Below, piece by piece: positions 1-9,842 of a stretch of DNA of 35,897 bases. Origin of the DNA: a virus (Duplodnaviria; Heunggongvirae; Uroviricota; Caudoviricetes). The notes under the pieces are model-generated. The model searched no databases and was not told the DNA's origin. It worked only from the letters and a program-made list of their open reading frames with translations. The position numbers and the translations under genes were made by a program. Position 1 is the first letter of the stretch; each line of letters starts with the position of its first letter. The stretch is taken from positions 64,001 to 99,897 of the IMG/VR virus record IMGVR_UViG_2675903675_000001. One strand, written 5' to 3'.

Positions 1-1
1 G

Positions 2-3000
2 CCTTATGAAGCCGCAGATAACGTTGCTTCTAAAACAGTTGCCTCTATTTTAGATCTTCTCGGTGAAGGCGTTATAGGTGGTCTAAAGAACGGTGAAAAG
101 TCTATCTTTCTAGATGACGTCCCTGTTCAAAACCCTGACGGTTCAATGAATTTCAAGGGAGTGAAAACGTGGGAACGTAAAGGTCACCAAAATCAATCCC
201 CAATTGACGGGTTTGATGACATTGAAACACCAAGAAACGTAGCTGCGGAGTTACGTAAAGATTCGCCTAAAACGCTGTCCATTGATAACGACGACACTAA
301 CCGTTTAAGAGTTATCATGGAGTTTCCACGCTTGTCATCAACCGACAAAAGCAGTGGTGATATTAACGGCGCATCCGTTCAGTTTGAATTCGCACTTGCT
401 GTTGGTGCCGACAATTTCAAACCTATTGCCCCTGTTGGCTTTAGCTCGTCAGTAGTCACGGTTTCAAAGAAGTCTAGCGGTAAGTTTCAATACGAATACT
501 TAATTGATTTACCCACTGGAACAAAAAATCGTCGCGTTCGAGTTTCTCGTGTTACCGCCGATTCAAGCAATGATTACCTTCAAAACAAGACGATCGTAGC
601 CTCTTATGGTGAGATTGTCTTTGCTAAAATGTCATATCCAAACAGCGCACTTGTGGGGATCACGATAGACTCAAGAGAATTTGGCGGTAATTTACCACGC
701 CGCTCTTATTTGGTCGGCGGTATCTTAATTCGAGTACCGTCAAATTATGACCCTGTGAGCAATGAGTATAAAGGCGATTGGGATGGTAGTTTTGAATACC
801 GATCATCATCAAATCCTGCTTGGATTCTCTACGACCTATTAATCGAAAAACGATATGGTTTAGGGAGCTATATTAGTGAGTCGATGATTGACGTTGGTAA
901 GATTTATCAAATCGGTCGATACTGCGATCAATACGTGCCAGACGGCTTCGGTGGGATGGAAAAGCGTTTTACCATCAACACTGTGATTGCAACTCGTCAA
1001 GAAGCGTTTAAGGTCATTAATGACATTGCTTCGGTTTTCCGTGGCATGGTGTTTTGGGCTGGTGGGATGATCAATCTTCGCCAAGACAGCCCTTCAAGCC
1101 CTGTTATGCAGTTTTCTGCTGCCAATATTATTGACAAAATTACTCGCAAAGGCTCAGCACGTAAAGACCGCCCTACCGTAGCGCTGATTACCTACAATGA
1201 TAAAGACGACCTGTACAAGCAAAACGTTGAGTATGTCGAAGATGAAGATGCTAAGAAAGAACACGGCATCCGAAAAATCGAATCTCTGGCATTTGGCTGT
1301 ACTAGCCGCGGTCAGGCGAATCGCGTCGGTTTATGGATTCTGTATACGTCTAAAATGGAAACGGACGTTGTTATCTTCAAGGCGGGTATAGACAGCTCTT
1401 TGTTGATGCCGGGTGATTTGGTCAAGGTTCAAGATAAATACCGCTCTGGTAAACGAAACTCGGGTCGTGTCGTTTCTTGTACCAAAAATAGCATTACGTT
1501 AGATTCGTCGGTTAATTTGGCGAACCAAGGCGCTTTCATCACCTTCTTAACGCCAGAAGGTAAAATGGTTGATCGCGATTTACTTCAAGCCGCTGGAAAC
1601 CACACAACCGTCACCTTCAAAAGTGCAATCAAAGATGATGAAATGCCTGTGTCACTTGGTCTTTGGACAATTACCGAGCCTGATTTAGAACCTTCGTTAA
1701 TGCGTGTGATTAGCGTAAAAGATGAGGGGAAAGGCGTTTATGAAATTATGGGCGTTGACCACAATCCATCTAAGTTTGCGGCTATCGATCAGGGCGCGGT
1801 TTTAACACCATCCAAAACAACCGTTTTAGATCCAACTTACAAAAAGCCTGAAAATATTCAAATTGAAGAAGCTACTTACATTTCTTCACCAGGCAACCTG
1901 TCAGTTAAGTTATTAGTTTCTTGGGACGGCTTCTCGCCTTTCTATGCGATCCGTTATCGGCGCAGTGATATTATCGATAACTGGCGTCAACTCCAATTAA
2001 CAGATAGCCAATATGAAATCCTGAGCGTCCCTGACAAGTCTTCATACGACATCGAAGTCTTTGCACTATCTGTCACTGGAAAGCGAACAGAATCTATTTC
2101 ACGCACATACAAGACCGTCGGAACAATGACACCGCCAGATGCCCCTAAGAATCTAGTGGCGGTGGGGGATTATCGCCAAAATATTATTACGTGGATCAAC
2201 CCATCTTCTATCGACTTAGAGGCGGTAAATGTTTATGGATCGAAAACAAATAAAATCGAGACGGCGACTTTGCTGGCAAAAGTGCCATCCACGGTCTTTA
2301 ACCACTCCGGTTTGGAAGATGACGCAACATGGTTCTATTGGGTCAGAGCAGTTAACAAAAGAGGTATGCTGAGTCCTGCTAACTCTAATCTCGGCACAAA
2401 AGCGACAACGAAAGAAGTTATGTCGTTTTTGAAAAATAAAATCACTGAAACTGAATTAAGTAAAGATCTGCTGGCTGATATAAACGACAACGCATCAGAT
2501 GCAGCGGCGGAAAAAGTCACCGCAGCCGTTGAAGTCAAAGTTGGCGAAATTAAAAAAGCTGTTGATGAAAGCAAAGCCGCGTCTGATAAGGCTGTTTTAG
2601 ATGTAACTAAAAATGCACTATCAATTGATAAAGAAATTGCAGAAAGAAAGGCGGCAATTAAAACGCTATCCGACGCTGCTGTGTCAGAAAGCCAGAAGCG
2701 AGCAGAGGCTATTAAAAAAGAATCTGATGCTAGAGTCGCTGATATAAAAAAAGAAGCGACTTCTCGCAGTAATGCTTTAAAAGAGGAGTCTCGGTTAAGG
2801 GAAGAATCTTTAAAGGCGGAATCTAATGCTCGTAATACAGCAATACTGAATGAGAAAACTGAGCGAGGCGCGGCTATTACCGCAAGTGAGAAAAAATCAC
2901 AAACGGCAACCGATGCTTTGGCAACAAAAGTCAACCGCCTATCTACCGCAACCGACGCTAACTCAGCCGCAATCAAGAAAGAAGAGCAGGCTAGAATTAC

Positions 3001-6000
3001 CGCAGATTCATCAGAAGCGGTCGAAAGACAGTCTTTAGCTTCGCAAATGAGAGGTGACTATACTGGAAAGGACTTAACAAAAGTCACGGCTGGTTTGGTA
3101 TTTGAGGAGCGTGAAGCGAGAACATCCGGTGATAAAGCAGAGGCGTCAGCTAGACAGTCACTAGAAACTCGATTAGGTGAAAGTGTAACGGCCGTTAATA
3201 AGTCAATTGAGTCAATAAGCACATCCCAAAAAGCACAAAGTGGTGAAATTACAGCAATTAACACTTCGCTAAAAAACAAAGCGGAGTCTAGCGCAGTTAA
3301 TTCGCTTAACTCAAAAATTGAAGAGCAGGGTAAAAGACTAACTTCTCAAGGATCGGCAGTAACAAAGTTACAGAACGACCTAGGTTTGACTAACACTAGC
3401 GTAGGTAAAAAAGCCGACAGCTCAGCTTTAACCGCTTTGGATAGTAAAGTTACCCAGCAGGGTAAGGATATTAGCTCACAAAGCGGCAGTATCACGGCTC
3501 TGCAAAATAGCTTAAAAACTACCAATGCTAATGTTGAAAAAAAAGCCGATAGTTCAGCTCTAAGTATATTGGACAATAAAGTCATCCAGCAAGGGAAAGA
3601 TATATCATCAACAAGTAACAAAACCACTGCTCTTGAGAATAGTTTAAAAACGACTAATGCAAATATTACCAAAAAAGCCGATAGCTCAGCTTTAACCGGT
3701 TTGGATAGTAAGGTTGTTCAGCAAGGAAAGGATATTTCTTCGGTTAGTGGTAGCGTGACAGATCTTAAATCAGTTCTAAATCCTAGAAGCGCCTTTGTTG
3801 TAACTGCCGCTTGTCATCGCTCTGCATCAAATATGAATTCAACATTAACCAATGAAAAAGGCAAGGTGTTGGTTGGGGGTGGTCGAAGCTTCGCATTAGT
3901 GACTTTCAAAAGAGAGAATGACGGCTCCACATCAGTAGATTTTAGTAAGGTTTACGACATTTATGCAAAACCAGAAGACGGAAAGGCTCTTGTAGAGGAT
4001 GTTAAGAAATTACCTTACGGTACTAGCGCTTGTATTTTCACTAATGACGACCCTAGTCAAAATCGTGAAACAATTACTGAGGCTATTGAAATGCTTGGCG
4101 GTACGAAAGAGGCGATCGCCAAAATCCCTCATCGCGGTGCTTATATTTTAGTAGGTTTTGTCGGTTTAAATAAAGGTGATGCTATTGAATTGTCTGCGAC
4201 TAAAGGCGGAAACAAAAATTCTTTTGTTAAAACGTCAATAGAGTTCATTGATGGGACACTTGTGGGGCTGGGATCGTCGGCTGGTGCTATAGATATATCA
4301 AACGCTAATGCCTCAGCTATTACGAAATTAGACAACGAAGTTAAATCTATAGGTGGAAAAGTAACATCTCAGTCCACGCAAATGAGTAAACTTCAAAACG
4401 ATCTTGGTACAACAAACCTCAATGTGAGCAAAAAAGCCGAATCAACGGCATTAAGCTCTCTTGACAGTAAAGTTACCCAGCAGGGTAAAGATATTTCGTC
4501 AGTTAGTGGTAAAACTACGGCTCTTGAGAATAGTTTAAAGACGACTAATGCAAATATCGGCAAGAAGGCCGATAGTTCGGCTTTAACGGCTTTGGATAGT
4601 AAAGTTACCCAACAGGGGAAAGACGTAAGCTCAGCTAATAGCAGTATAACGCGCCTGTCAAATACACTTAAAGATATGTCTGTAGGTGGTGTTAATCTTT
4701 TTTCCGAGAGTGATAGTGAATTAGGGACAGTCCAAGAGTCGATCAATGTAGGTTCAGCTTATTCGGCTGTTAAATATCCGGGAGACAACCGAGTAAGAAA
4801 TAAAACTCTAATTGATAGCGGCAAAGGTATTGTCATCAGTATAAATGCTGATTATGAGTATTTTGTGACTTGTTTTGATAAGTCGTCTAAATATCTAGGC
4901 TCAGGGAGATCGTTTTCTTGGAGAAAAGATTTACTTGTTATACCTCCCTTTTTAGGTTTTGTGGGTGTTGTTGTTCGTCGTTCTGACGGGGCTAAAATGT
5001 CCTTACTCGATGTTGTTAAGTCAAGAATAAAGGTAGAAATTGGCAATGTTAGAACAGATTGGTCTCCATCGCCTTTCGACATCGCTTCTGTTAATGATGT
5101 GTCAAATATTAAGTTGGCTAATAGCAAGGTTATATCTGGCTTGGATAGCAAGGTTACACAGCAAGGAAAAGATATTTCGTCAGTTAGTGGTAAAACTACG
5201 GCTCTTGAGAATAGTTTAAAAGTCACAAACAACAATGTAGGAAAAAAAGCAGATGCCGCAGCTTTAAATTCACTAAACAGCACAGTGGATAAACAAGGTA
5301 AAGATATAACGTCTCATGGAAAAAGTATTACCGCTCTTGATAATTCAACCTCTTCGATTAAAAGTGGTTTGGATGATACAGAAATTCTAGCTAGGATCAC
5401 CACCAATGGTAAACAAATAATCCCTGTACCTAACTTTAATGAAGGTAAAAATGATGTCTATCTTTATAACAACGCTAATAACGGAAATATTAGTATTGAT
5501 GTTATAGGTAGAAGATCTACTAATCCAACGACTTCAAGTCATGAAATCGCTATGACAGTGAAAGGTATTGCAGCGCCTAACTATGGCGGTTTTAGAAGAG
5601 AGGTTCATTCTAAACCAAACGCTGTTTTTGTGACAAAGTATATTATCAAATTGCCTTTAGGCTGGGCTTTGCAAGCAAACACAAACCCTCTAGGTGACGG
5701 ATATATTGACAAATTTGTTGGCAATAGAGAAGGTACTGGTAAATACGAAACCTACTATCGCGTCACTAAATGTGGTGAAGTTGGGAAATTTCAAACTTTT
5801 GGTTATGTGAGCGTCTATATTTCTGATAGCAGCAAAGCCAAAGCACCTACTTCTGCCTCCCCCATGACTTGGTATTTAGCGCAGATTGAAGTTTATGAAA
5901 CAACCGACTATGCTTCGGCAACACCGGAAGTTACTGATTTTATGTCTTCTGCTAAAACCTCATTAGACAGCTTAACCAATGCAACAAAATCACAATCATC

Positions 6001-8311
6001 TCAGTTAACTAATTTGCAAAACAGCCTTAATACGACCAATACTAACGTAGGAAAGAAAGCTGAATCATCGGCGTTGAGTGCTTTAGATAGTAAAGTTACT
6101 CAGCAGGGTAAAGATATTTCATCTGCAAACAGCAGTATCACATCGTTGAAATCATCGATTTTACCTCGCACTGTATTTTTGCTGAAATCGGCTGGAGCTG
6201 GGTCTGGCATTATAGGGAAAATAACAAATGATAAGGGTGTTGTGATAGCAACGGCGGAAAGAAGTTACTGCTTGATTGTTTTTAAATTAAACAACGATGG
6301 GTCTACTGTAGTTGAATCAACAAAAAATTACGATGTGTTCGCTAATAAAGACATGGGGGTTGCTTTATCCAAAGATGTGGCTGCTTTAGGTAACGGAAAA
6401 TATGCAGCTCTTATTACACATGATGAGCCTACTAGGAATAGAGAATCAATATTGCCTGCTGTTGAGCGTCTTGGGGGAACTAAGGAAACTCTATATTCGT
6501 TTCCGCATAGAGGCGCTTATATTCTTGCGGGCCGAGTTGGGGCTAATAAAGGTGATTCAATAGAGTTGGCTTCCAGAACGGGAAACGACAAATCCGCAAT
6601 GGTTCAGACATCCATTGAGTTTGTTAATGGCGTATTGATGAATCACGGTAACGGTGGAGGTATTGCTATTTTAGCATCAACCAATGCCAATGCTATATCA
6701 AAATTAAATACAGACACCAAAGCGACTGACGGCAGAGTTTCATCCCAATCTACGCAAATAACTAAACTTCAAAATGATTTAAATGCCACAAATTCAAATG
6801 TAAGTAAAAAAGCTGAATCATCGGCGTTGAGTGCTTTAGATAGTAAAGTTACTCAGCAGGGTAAAAATATTGATTCCGTAAGTAGTAAAACTACTTCTTT
6901 GGAGAATGGGTTAAAGACTACAAATACAAATGTTGGAAAGAAAGCGGACACATCGGCATTAAACACTTTAAGTTCAAAAGTTACTGATGTTGAAGGTAAG
7001 GTAAAATCAGCGGCTTCAAGCGTCACGGCGTTGTCGAGCAAAATAGATCAAGTTAAAAATGATTTAACTGATTTAATTGAGGTTGATCTGGACTTATCTA
7101 AATTAGATGAAAATACCTACTATCCGGTTACTTTGAATTTAAACATTACAACGCGTTATTACTTCAAAGTGTTTAGAACGCTGGGTCAATTCTCAAATAA
7201 CAAACCTAGTTATGCGACTCATGGCAGTAAAACCTTTGCAACTATTCTTGAGTGGAGTGTTAGCGGTGAAGGTTGGGGGACTCAAAATATAAATAGAATT
7301 ATACATAATTTTGGTTTTAGATTCGTAAACCAATCACCAGTGCTAGGCCCCGAGCAGCTAGCAAACAGTTCGACTGAGTATGTTTATTTGAGAGGTGGGT
7401 CGTTCTACAAGTTAACTAAGCCTAAAAACTGCGCTCACTATATAAGAACAACAAAATATACGACAGACAAACAAAGTGTAGGTCCAATACCTTACACTGC
7501 AAATAAAGTACCTGTTTCAGTAGGGAAAGCGACCTCAGATGCCTTGTCCGACTTGTCAACTAAGATAAGCGCCGTTGATGGAAAGTTAACCTCAACAGCA
7601 AATGATGTAACTAGATTGAAAACTACCATTGGAACCAAAGCCGACTCCAGTGCGTTGAACTCACTTAGCAGCACCGTGACTCAACAGGGTAAAGATATTA
7701 CAGCTCAATCAACGTCTTTAAGCCAGTTAACCACGAAAGTAAACGGGCAGGGATCAACAATATCAACGTTGAATAAAACTGTTACGGACTCTAACAAGTC
7801 ACAAGCAGAGACGAATAAAACCATAGAGAGTAAATTCAACGGCTACACTGCTAGAATAAATCAGGTAGAGAAAACTGTCGCAAGCGGAGGTGGTCTTAAC
7901 TCTACTTGGATGGTTAAGATGGAAGTTAGAGCTGACGGCAAGAAATACGCATCAGGCATAGGTCTTGGTGTTGACGGGAAGACGCTGCAAAGCCAATTCT
8001 TGGTTCAGGCTGATAGATTTGCATTGATGAACACAGCCAACGGTAAAGTGACTACTCCATTCGTTATCGACGGTGGTGTAACTTACATCAACGCGGCATC
8101 AATCAAAGATGGGTCTATCGGAAGTGCTAAAGTCGGTGATTTACAATCCAACAACTACGCGGCAGGTAAAACAGGTTGGAAGTTTGGCAAAAACGGTATA
8201 CTTGAGATGAACGGCCAAACTTCAGGACAGGGTAGATTGTCGATTTCAAACAACAGGATAGATGTTTACGACGAAAAAGGCGTTTTACGTGTTCGATTAG
8301 GTTTATTATAA
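2..8311 (+). CDS. Giant tail-tip/host-specificity protein (lambda gpJ-like central tail fibre), 5'-truncated by the window edge
   Basis: The frame is open from base 2 (PYEAADNVASKTVASILDLLGEGVIGG..., a J-like N-terminus), so ATG146 is not the true start. J motifs SNPAWILYDLL, YGLG, YCDQYVPDGFGGMEKRF, GCTSRGQANRVGLW; FN3-like repeats; coiled coil; DUF1983-like C-terminal region (SQFLVQADRFA...TPFVIDGGVTYIN). Confidence 0.93.
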   Translation, partial: PYEAADNVASKTVASILDLLGEGVIGGLKNGEKSIFLDDVPVQNPDGSMNFKGVKTWERKGHQNQSPIDGFDDIETPRNVAAELRKDSPKTLSIDNDDTNRLRVIMEFPRLSSTDKSSGDINGASVQFEFALAVGADNFKPIAPVGFSSSVVTVSKKSSGKFQYEYLIDLPTGTKNRRVRVSRVTADSSNDYLQNKTIVASYGEIVFAKMSYPNSALVGITIDSREFGGNLPRRSYLVGGILIRVPSNYDPVSNEYKGDWDGSFEYRSSSNPAWILYDLLIEKRYGLGSYISESMIDVGKIYQIGRYCDQYVPDGFGGMEKRFTINTVIATRQEAFKVINDIASVFRGMVFWAGGMINLRQDSPSSPVMQFSAANIIDKITRKGSARKDRPTVALITYNDKDDLYKQNVEYVEDEDAKKEHGIRKIESLAFGCTSRGQANRVGLWILYTSKMETDVVIFKAGIDSSLLMPGDLVKVQDKYRSGKRNSGRVVSCTKNSITLDSSVNLANQGAFITFLTPEGKMVDRDLLQAAGNHTTVTFKSAIKDDEMPVSLGLWTITEPDLEPSLMRVISVKDEGKGVYEIMGVDHNPSKFAAIDQGAVLTPSKTTVLDPTYKKPENIQIEEATYISSPGNLSVKLLVSWDGFSPFYAIRYRRSDIIDNWRQLQLTDSQYEILSVPDKSSYDIEVFALSVTGKRTESISRTYKTVGTMTPPDAPKNLVAVGDYRQNIITWINPSSIDLEAVNVYGSKTNKIETATLLAKVPSTVFNHSGLEDDATWFYWVRAVNKRGMLSPANSNLGTKATTKEVMSFLKNKITETELSKDLLADINDNASDAAAEKVTAAVEVKVGEIKKAVDESKAASDKAVLDVTKNALSIDKEIAERKAAIKTLSDAAVSESQKRAEAIKKESDARVADIKKEATSRSNALKEESRLREESLKAESNARNTAILNEKTERGAAITASEKKSQTATDALATKVNRLSTATDANSAAIKKEEQARITADSSEAVERQSLASQMRGDYTGKDLTKVTAGLVFEEREARTSGDKAEASARQSLETRLGESVTAVNKSIESISTSQKAQSGEITAINTSLKNKAESSAVNSLNSKIEEQGKRLTSQGSAVTKLQNDLGLTNTSVGKKADSSALTALDSKVTQQGKDISSQSGSITALQNSLKTTNANVEKKADSSALSILDNKVIQQGKDISSTSNKTTALENSLKTTNANITKKADSSALTGLDSKVVQQGKDISSVSGSVTDLKSVLNPRSAFVVTAACHRSASNMNSTLTNEKGKVLVGGGRSFALVTFKRENDGSTSVDFSKVYDIYAKPEDGKALVEDVKKLPYGTSACIFTNDDPSQNRETITEAIEMLGGTKEAIAKIPHRGAYILVGFVGLNKGDAIELSATKGGNKNSFVKTSIEFIDGTLVGLGSSAGAIDISNANASAITKLDNEVKSIGGKVTSQSTQMSKLQNDLGTTNLNVSKKAESTALSSLDSKVTQQGKDISSVSGKTTALENSLKTTNANIGKKADSSALTALDSKVTQQGKDVSSANSSITRLSNTLKDMSVGGVNLFSESDSELGTVQESINVGSAYSAVKYPGDNRVRNKTLIDSGKGIVISINADYEYFVTCFDKSSKYLGSGRSFSWRKDLLVIPPFLGFVGVVVRRSDGAKMSLLDVVKSRIKVEIGNVRTDWSPSPFDIASVNDVSNIKLANSKVISGLDSKVTQQGKDISSVSGKTTALENSLKVTNNNVGKKADAAALNSLNSTVDKQGKDITSHGKSITALDNSTSSIKSGLDDTEILARITTNGKQIIPVPNFNEGKNDVYLYNNANNGNISIDVIGRRSTNPTTSSHEIAMTVKGIAAPNYGGFRREVHSKPNAVFVTKYIIKLPLGWALQANTNPLGDGYIDKFVGNREGTGKYETYYRVTKCGEVGKFQTFGYVSVYISDSSKAKAPTSASPMTWYLAQIEVYETTDYASATPEVTDFMSSAKTSLDSLTNATKSQSSQLTNLQNSLNTTNTNVGKKAESSALSALDSKVTQQGKDISSANSSITSLKSSILPRTVFLLKSAGAGSGIIGKITNDKGVVIATAERSYCLIVFKLNNDGSTVVESTKNYDVFANKDMGVALSKDVAALGNGKYAALITHDEPTRNRESILPAVERLGGTKETLYSFPHRGAYILAGRVGANKGDSIELASRTGNDKSAMVQTSIEFVNGVLMNHGNGGGIAILASTNANAISKLNTDTKATDGRVSSQSTQITKLQNDLNATNSNVSKKAESSALSALDSKVTQQGKNIDSVSSKTTSLENGLKTTNTNVGKKADTSALNTLSSKVTDVEGKVKSAASSVTALSSKIDQVKNDLTDLIEVDLDLSKLDENTYYPVTLNLNITTRYYFKVFRTLGQFSNNKPSYATHGSKTFATILEWSVSGEGWGTQNINRIIHNFGFRFVNQSPVLGPEQLANSSTEYVYLRGGSFYKLTKPKNCAHYIRTTKYTTDKQSVGPIPYTANKVPVSVGKATSDALSDLSTKISAVDGKLTSTANDVTRLKTTIGTKADSSALNSLSSTVTQQGKDITAQSTSLSQLTTKVNGQGSTISTLNKTVTDSNKSQAETNKTIESKFNGYTARINQVEKTVASGGGLNSTWMVKMEVRADGKKYASGIGLGVDGKTLQSQFLVQADRFALMNTANGKVTTPFVIDGGVTYINAASIKDGSIGSAKVGDLQSNNYAAGKTGWKFGKNGILEMNGQTSGQGRLSISNNRIDVYDEKGVLRVRLGLL
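4487..5220 (+). repeat. 53-bp exact direct repeat (4487-4539 and 5168-5220)
   Basis: aaagatatttcgtcagttagtggtaaaactacggctcttgagaatagtttaaa occurs twice; offset 681 bp = 227 codons. Confidence 0.9.
6056..6865 (+). repeat. 57-bp exact direct repeat (6056-6112 and 6809-6865)
   Basis: aaagctgaatcatcggcgttgagtgctttagatagtaaagttactcagcagggtaaa occurs twice; offset 753 bp = 251 codons. Confidence 0.9.
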
Positions 8312-8329
8312 TAGGTATCTAATTACTTA
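8312..8329 (+). promoter_or_regulatory. Operator-like motif TAGGTA-tctaat-TACTTA upstream of the lysis genes
   Basis: 12/12 match to a quasi-palindromic motif recurring upstream of many genes in this window. Confidence 0.7.
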
Positions 8330-8387
8330 GTATGTTAAATGTGATATAAAATTCCCACCCCGATTTGCCTAACACATGGAGGTTAAT

Positions 8388-8714
8388 ATGGCTAACGAGG
8401 TGGGGGAAGTCACATCTGAGATGATAGAAAGAATCGTTAAGCAAACAGCTAAGGAAGTTGTATCTAGTTTGCAAAACGATATCCGCGAACAGATTACCGA
8501 AGAGGTTAGTCGAGGTCTGAAATCGCATTTCGGAGATATGACACCAACGCAACACAGCGTCCAACACGCGAATATTGAGAAGCTGTTGACCCGTCTTGAC
8601 AACCTCTCAAGTGGGTTTTATGGCGGAATCGTCTCAAAGATCGCATCGACGTTGATTACTGTTTTAATCCTCGGTCTAGCGGCATGGGGTTTGAAAAGTG
8701 GAATCGGAAGCTAA
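8388..8714 (+). CDS. Holin-like membrane protein (single C-terminal TM segment)
   Basis: GGAGGT RBS before ATG8388; hydrophobic C-terminus IASTLITVLILGLAAWGL; lies directly upstream of the muralytic gene. Holin function is inferred from position only. Confidence 0.6.
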   Translation: MANEVGEVTSEMIERIVKQTAKEVVSSLQNDIREQITEEVSRGLKSHFGDMTPTQHSVQHANIEKLLTRLDNLSSGFYGGIVSKIASTLITVLILGLAAWGLKSGIGS

Positions 8715-8725
8715 GGAGAGCAACG

Positions 8726-9424
8726 ATGACAGAGAAAAAAGTACCTAAAGGCGTAAGACTGAATAACCCGGGCAACCTAGAAATGGGTTCGCCTTGGCAG
8801 GGCTTAACCAAACAACCTCAAGATAATCGCTTTTGTAGTTTTAAAGATCCCACATTTGGGATTCGCGCAATTGCTGTCACGCTAATTACTTACCACGACA
8901 AGCGAAAAGCAAAAGACGGTTCGCGAATTGACACGGTACGCGAAGTTATTGAGCGATGGGCACCTTCGGTTGAGAATCATACGGAAAACTACATCAAAGT
9001 AGTTTGTCGAGCTATGGGAGTCCTCCCCGACCAAAACATCGATCTTCACAAATACCACCTTATTCGACCTCTCGTTGAAGCCATCATTTTTCAAGAAAAT
9101 GGCAGAGGCGATAAGAAGAATATTAATACCTGGTATAGCGCCGATGTTATTGACGAAGGCTTGCGTCGAGCTGGTGTCGTCAAGCCAACAAAAGAAGTCG
9201 GAAAAATCCCTGTTACGAAAGAAACAGCAAGCGCCACCATCGCCGCATCTTTAGGTATGGGGCAGATCGCAGAAGTTATGCCTCAAGTCTCCGACGCGTT
9301 GATCAAATCAGAAGGTCATTTATCCAGCGGCTCGATTGTTCGTATTGTTTTTGGTGTAGCTACTATTGCGGTGGCTTGCGTTATTGCTTACGCCCAAATC
9401 AAGCGTTATCAGCGAGGTTGTTAA
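8726..9424 (+). CDS. Lysozyme-like muralytic enzyme (NNPGN/RWAP family) with a hydrophobic C-terminal tail; probable endolysin
   Basis: AAGGAG RBS before ATG8726; motifs GVRLNNPGNL, FGIRAI, IERWAPSVENHTENYI, AIIFQENG; C-terminal hydrophobic IVRIVFGVATIAVACVIAYA. Confidence 0.8.
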   Translation: MTEKKVPKGVRLNNPGNLEMGSPWQGLTKQPQDNRFCSFKDPTFGIRAIAVTLITYHDKRKAKDGSRIDTVREVIERWAPSVENHTENYIKVVCRAMGVLPDQNIDLHKYHLIRPLVEAIIFQENGRGDKKNINTWYSADVIDEGLRRAGVVKPTKEVGKIPVTKETASATIAASLGMGQIAEVMPQVSDALIKSEGHLSSGSIVRIVFGVATIAVACVIAYAQIKRYQRGC

Positions 9425-9523
9425 TTAAATCGCCTGACGAAACAATAGCTTATCAAAGGTTCATCTAAGTCAACCTGTGTTTTAGTGATAATGTTAAGCT
9501 TCATTAATATATGGAATGAAAAG

Positions 9524-9793
9524 ATGAAAAAAATATTACCCTTCGCTTGTTTTTTTGTTTTGGTTGGATGCACCTCTATCCATGAAAAATCCATTCAGGA
9601 TATTGATTGTATTGGTGTTTATACATTGGGTAGTTTCCCTTATCAGCAAAAAGTTAAGCTGAAGTTATCACAAAAACACACTGACAAATTAGGTAGAGTT
9701 ACCTATAAAGCTGGTTCAAATTTAGGTGTCCGTTTTATTGGGCGTGGGATAATTAAAGAGACAGAGATCAAAATATTACATTGTAATAAATGA
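9524..9793 (+). CDS. Cor-like outer-membrane lipoprotein (superinfection-exclusion candidate)
   Basis: MKKILPFACFFVLVG|C lipobox; second Cys 13 aa later, a YKAG motif and a terminal Cys. This matches the size and Cys pattern of Cor lipoproteins of phi80/N15/T1-type phages. Confidence 0.6.
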   Translation: MKKILPFACFFVLVGCTSIHEKSIQDIDCIGVYTLGSFPYQQKVKLKLSQKHTDKLGRVTYKAGSNLGVRFIGRGIIKETEIKILHCNK

Positions 9794-9798
9794 GTCAT

Positions 9799-9830
9799 GA
9801 AGAATGACCTGTTCCAACAGGTCATTCTTC
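9799..9830. terminator. Perfect 15-bp inverted repeat gaagaatgacctgtt-cc-aacaggtcattcttc
   Basis: Seen directly. No U-tract; abuts the TAAGGAG RBS of the next gene, so a terminator role is uncertain. Confidence 0.45.
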
Positions 9831-9842
9831 TAAGGAGTTATC

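Larger units (their letters stand above)
3278..7700 (+). repeat. About 12 imperfect in-frame repeats of K(A)D/ESSALxxLDSKVTQQGKDI(S/T) within J, 44-codon (132 bp) period in tandem blocks
   Basis: Units start at 3278, 3410, 3542, 3674 (132-bp spacing), 4434, 4566, ~5120, ~5247, 6056, 6809, ~6942 and ~7638. Confidence 0.92.

Noticed and set aside
860-7674. Numerous minus-strand and alternate-frame ORFs overlapping J
   Set aside because: Shadow ORFs of a repetitive coding region with no RBS or recognisable motifs.
3278-7700. Periodic repeats that could be mistaken for a CRISPR array
   Set aside because: They are in-frame, synonymously diverged coding repeats inside J, and no cas genes are present.
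8313-8340. gtatgttaaat resembles the XerD arm of dif
   Set aside because: 10/11 match to TTATGTTAAAT, but no credible XerC arm at 6- or 8-bp spacing; the region is better explained by the operator motif.
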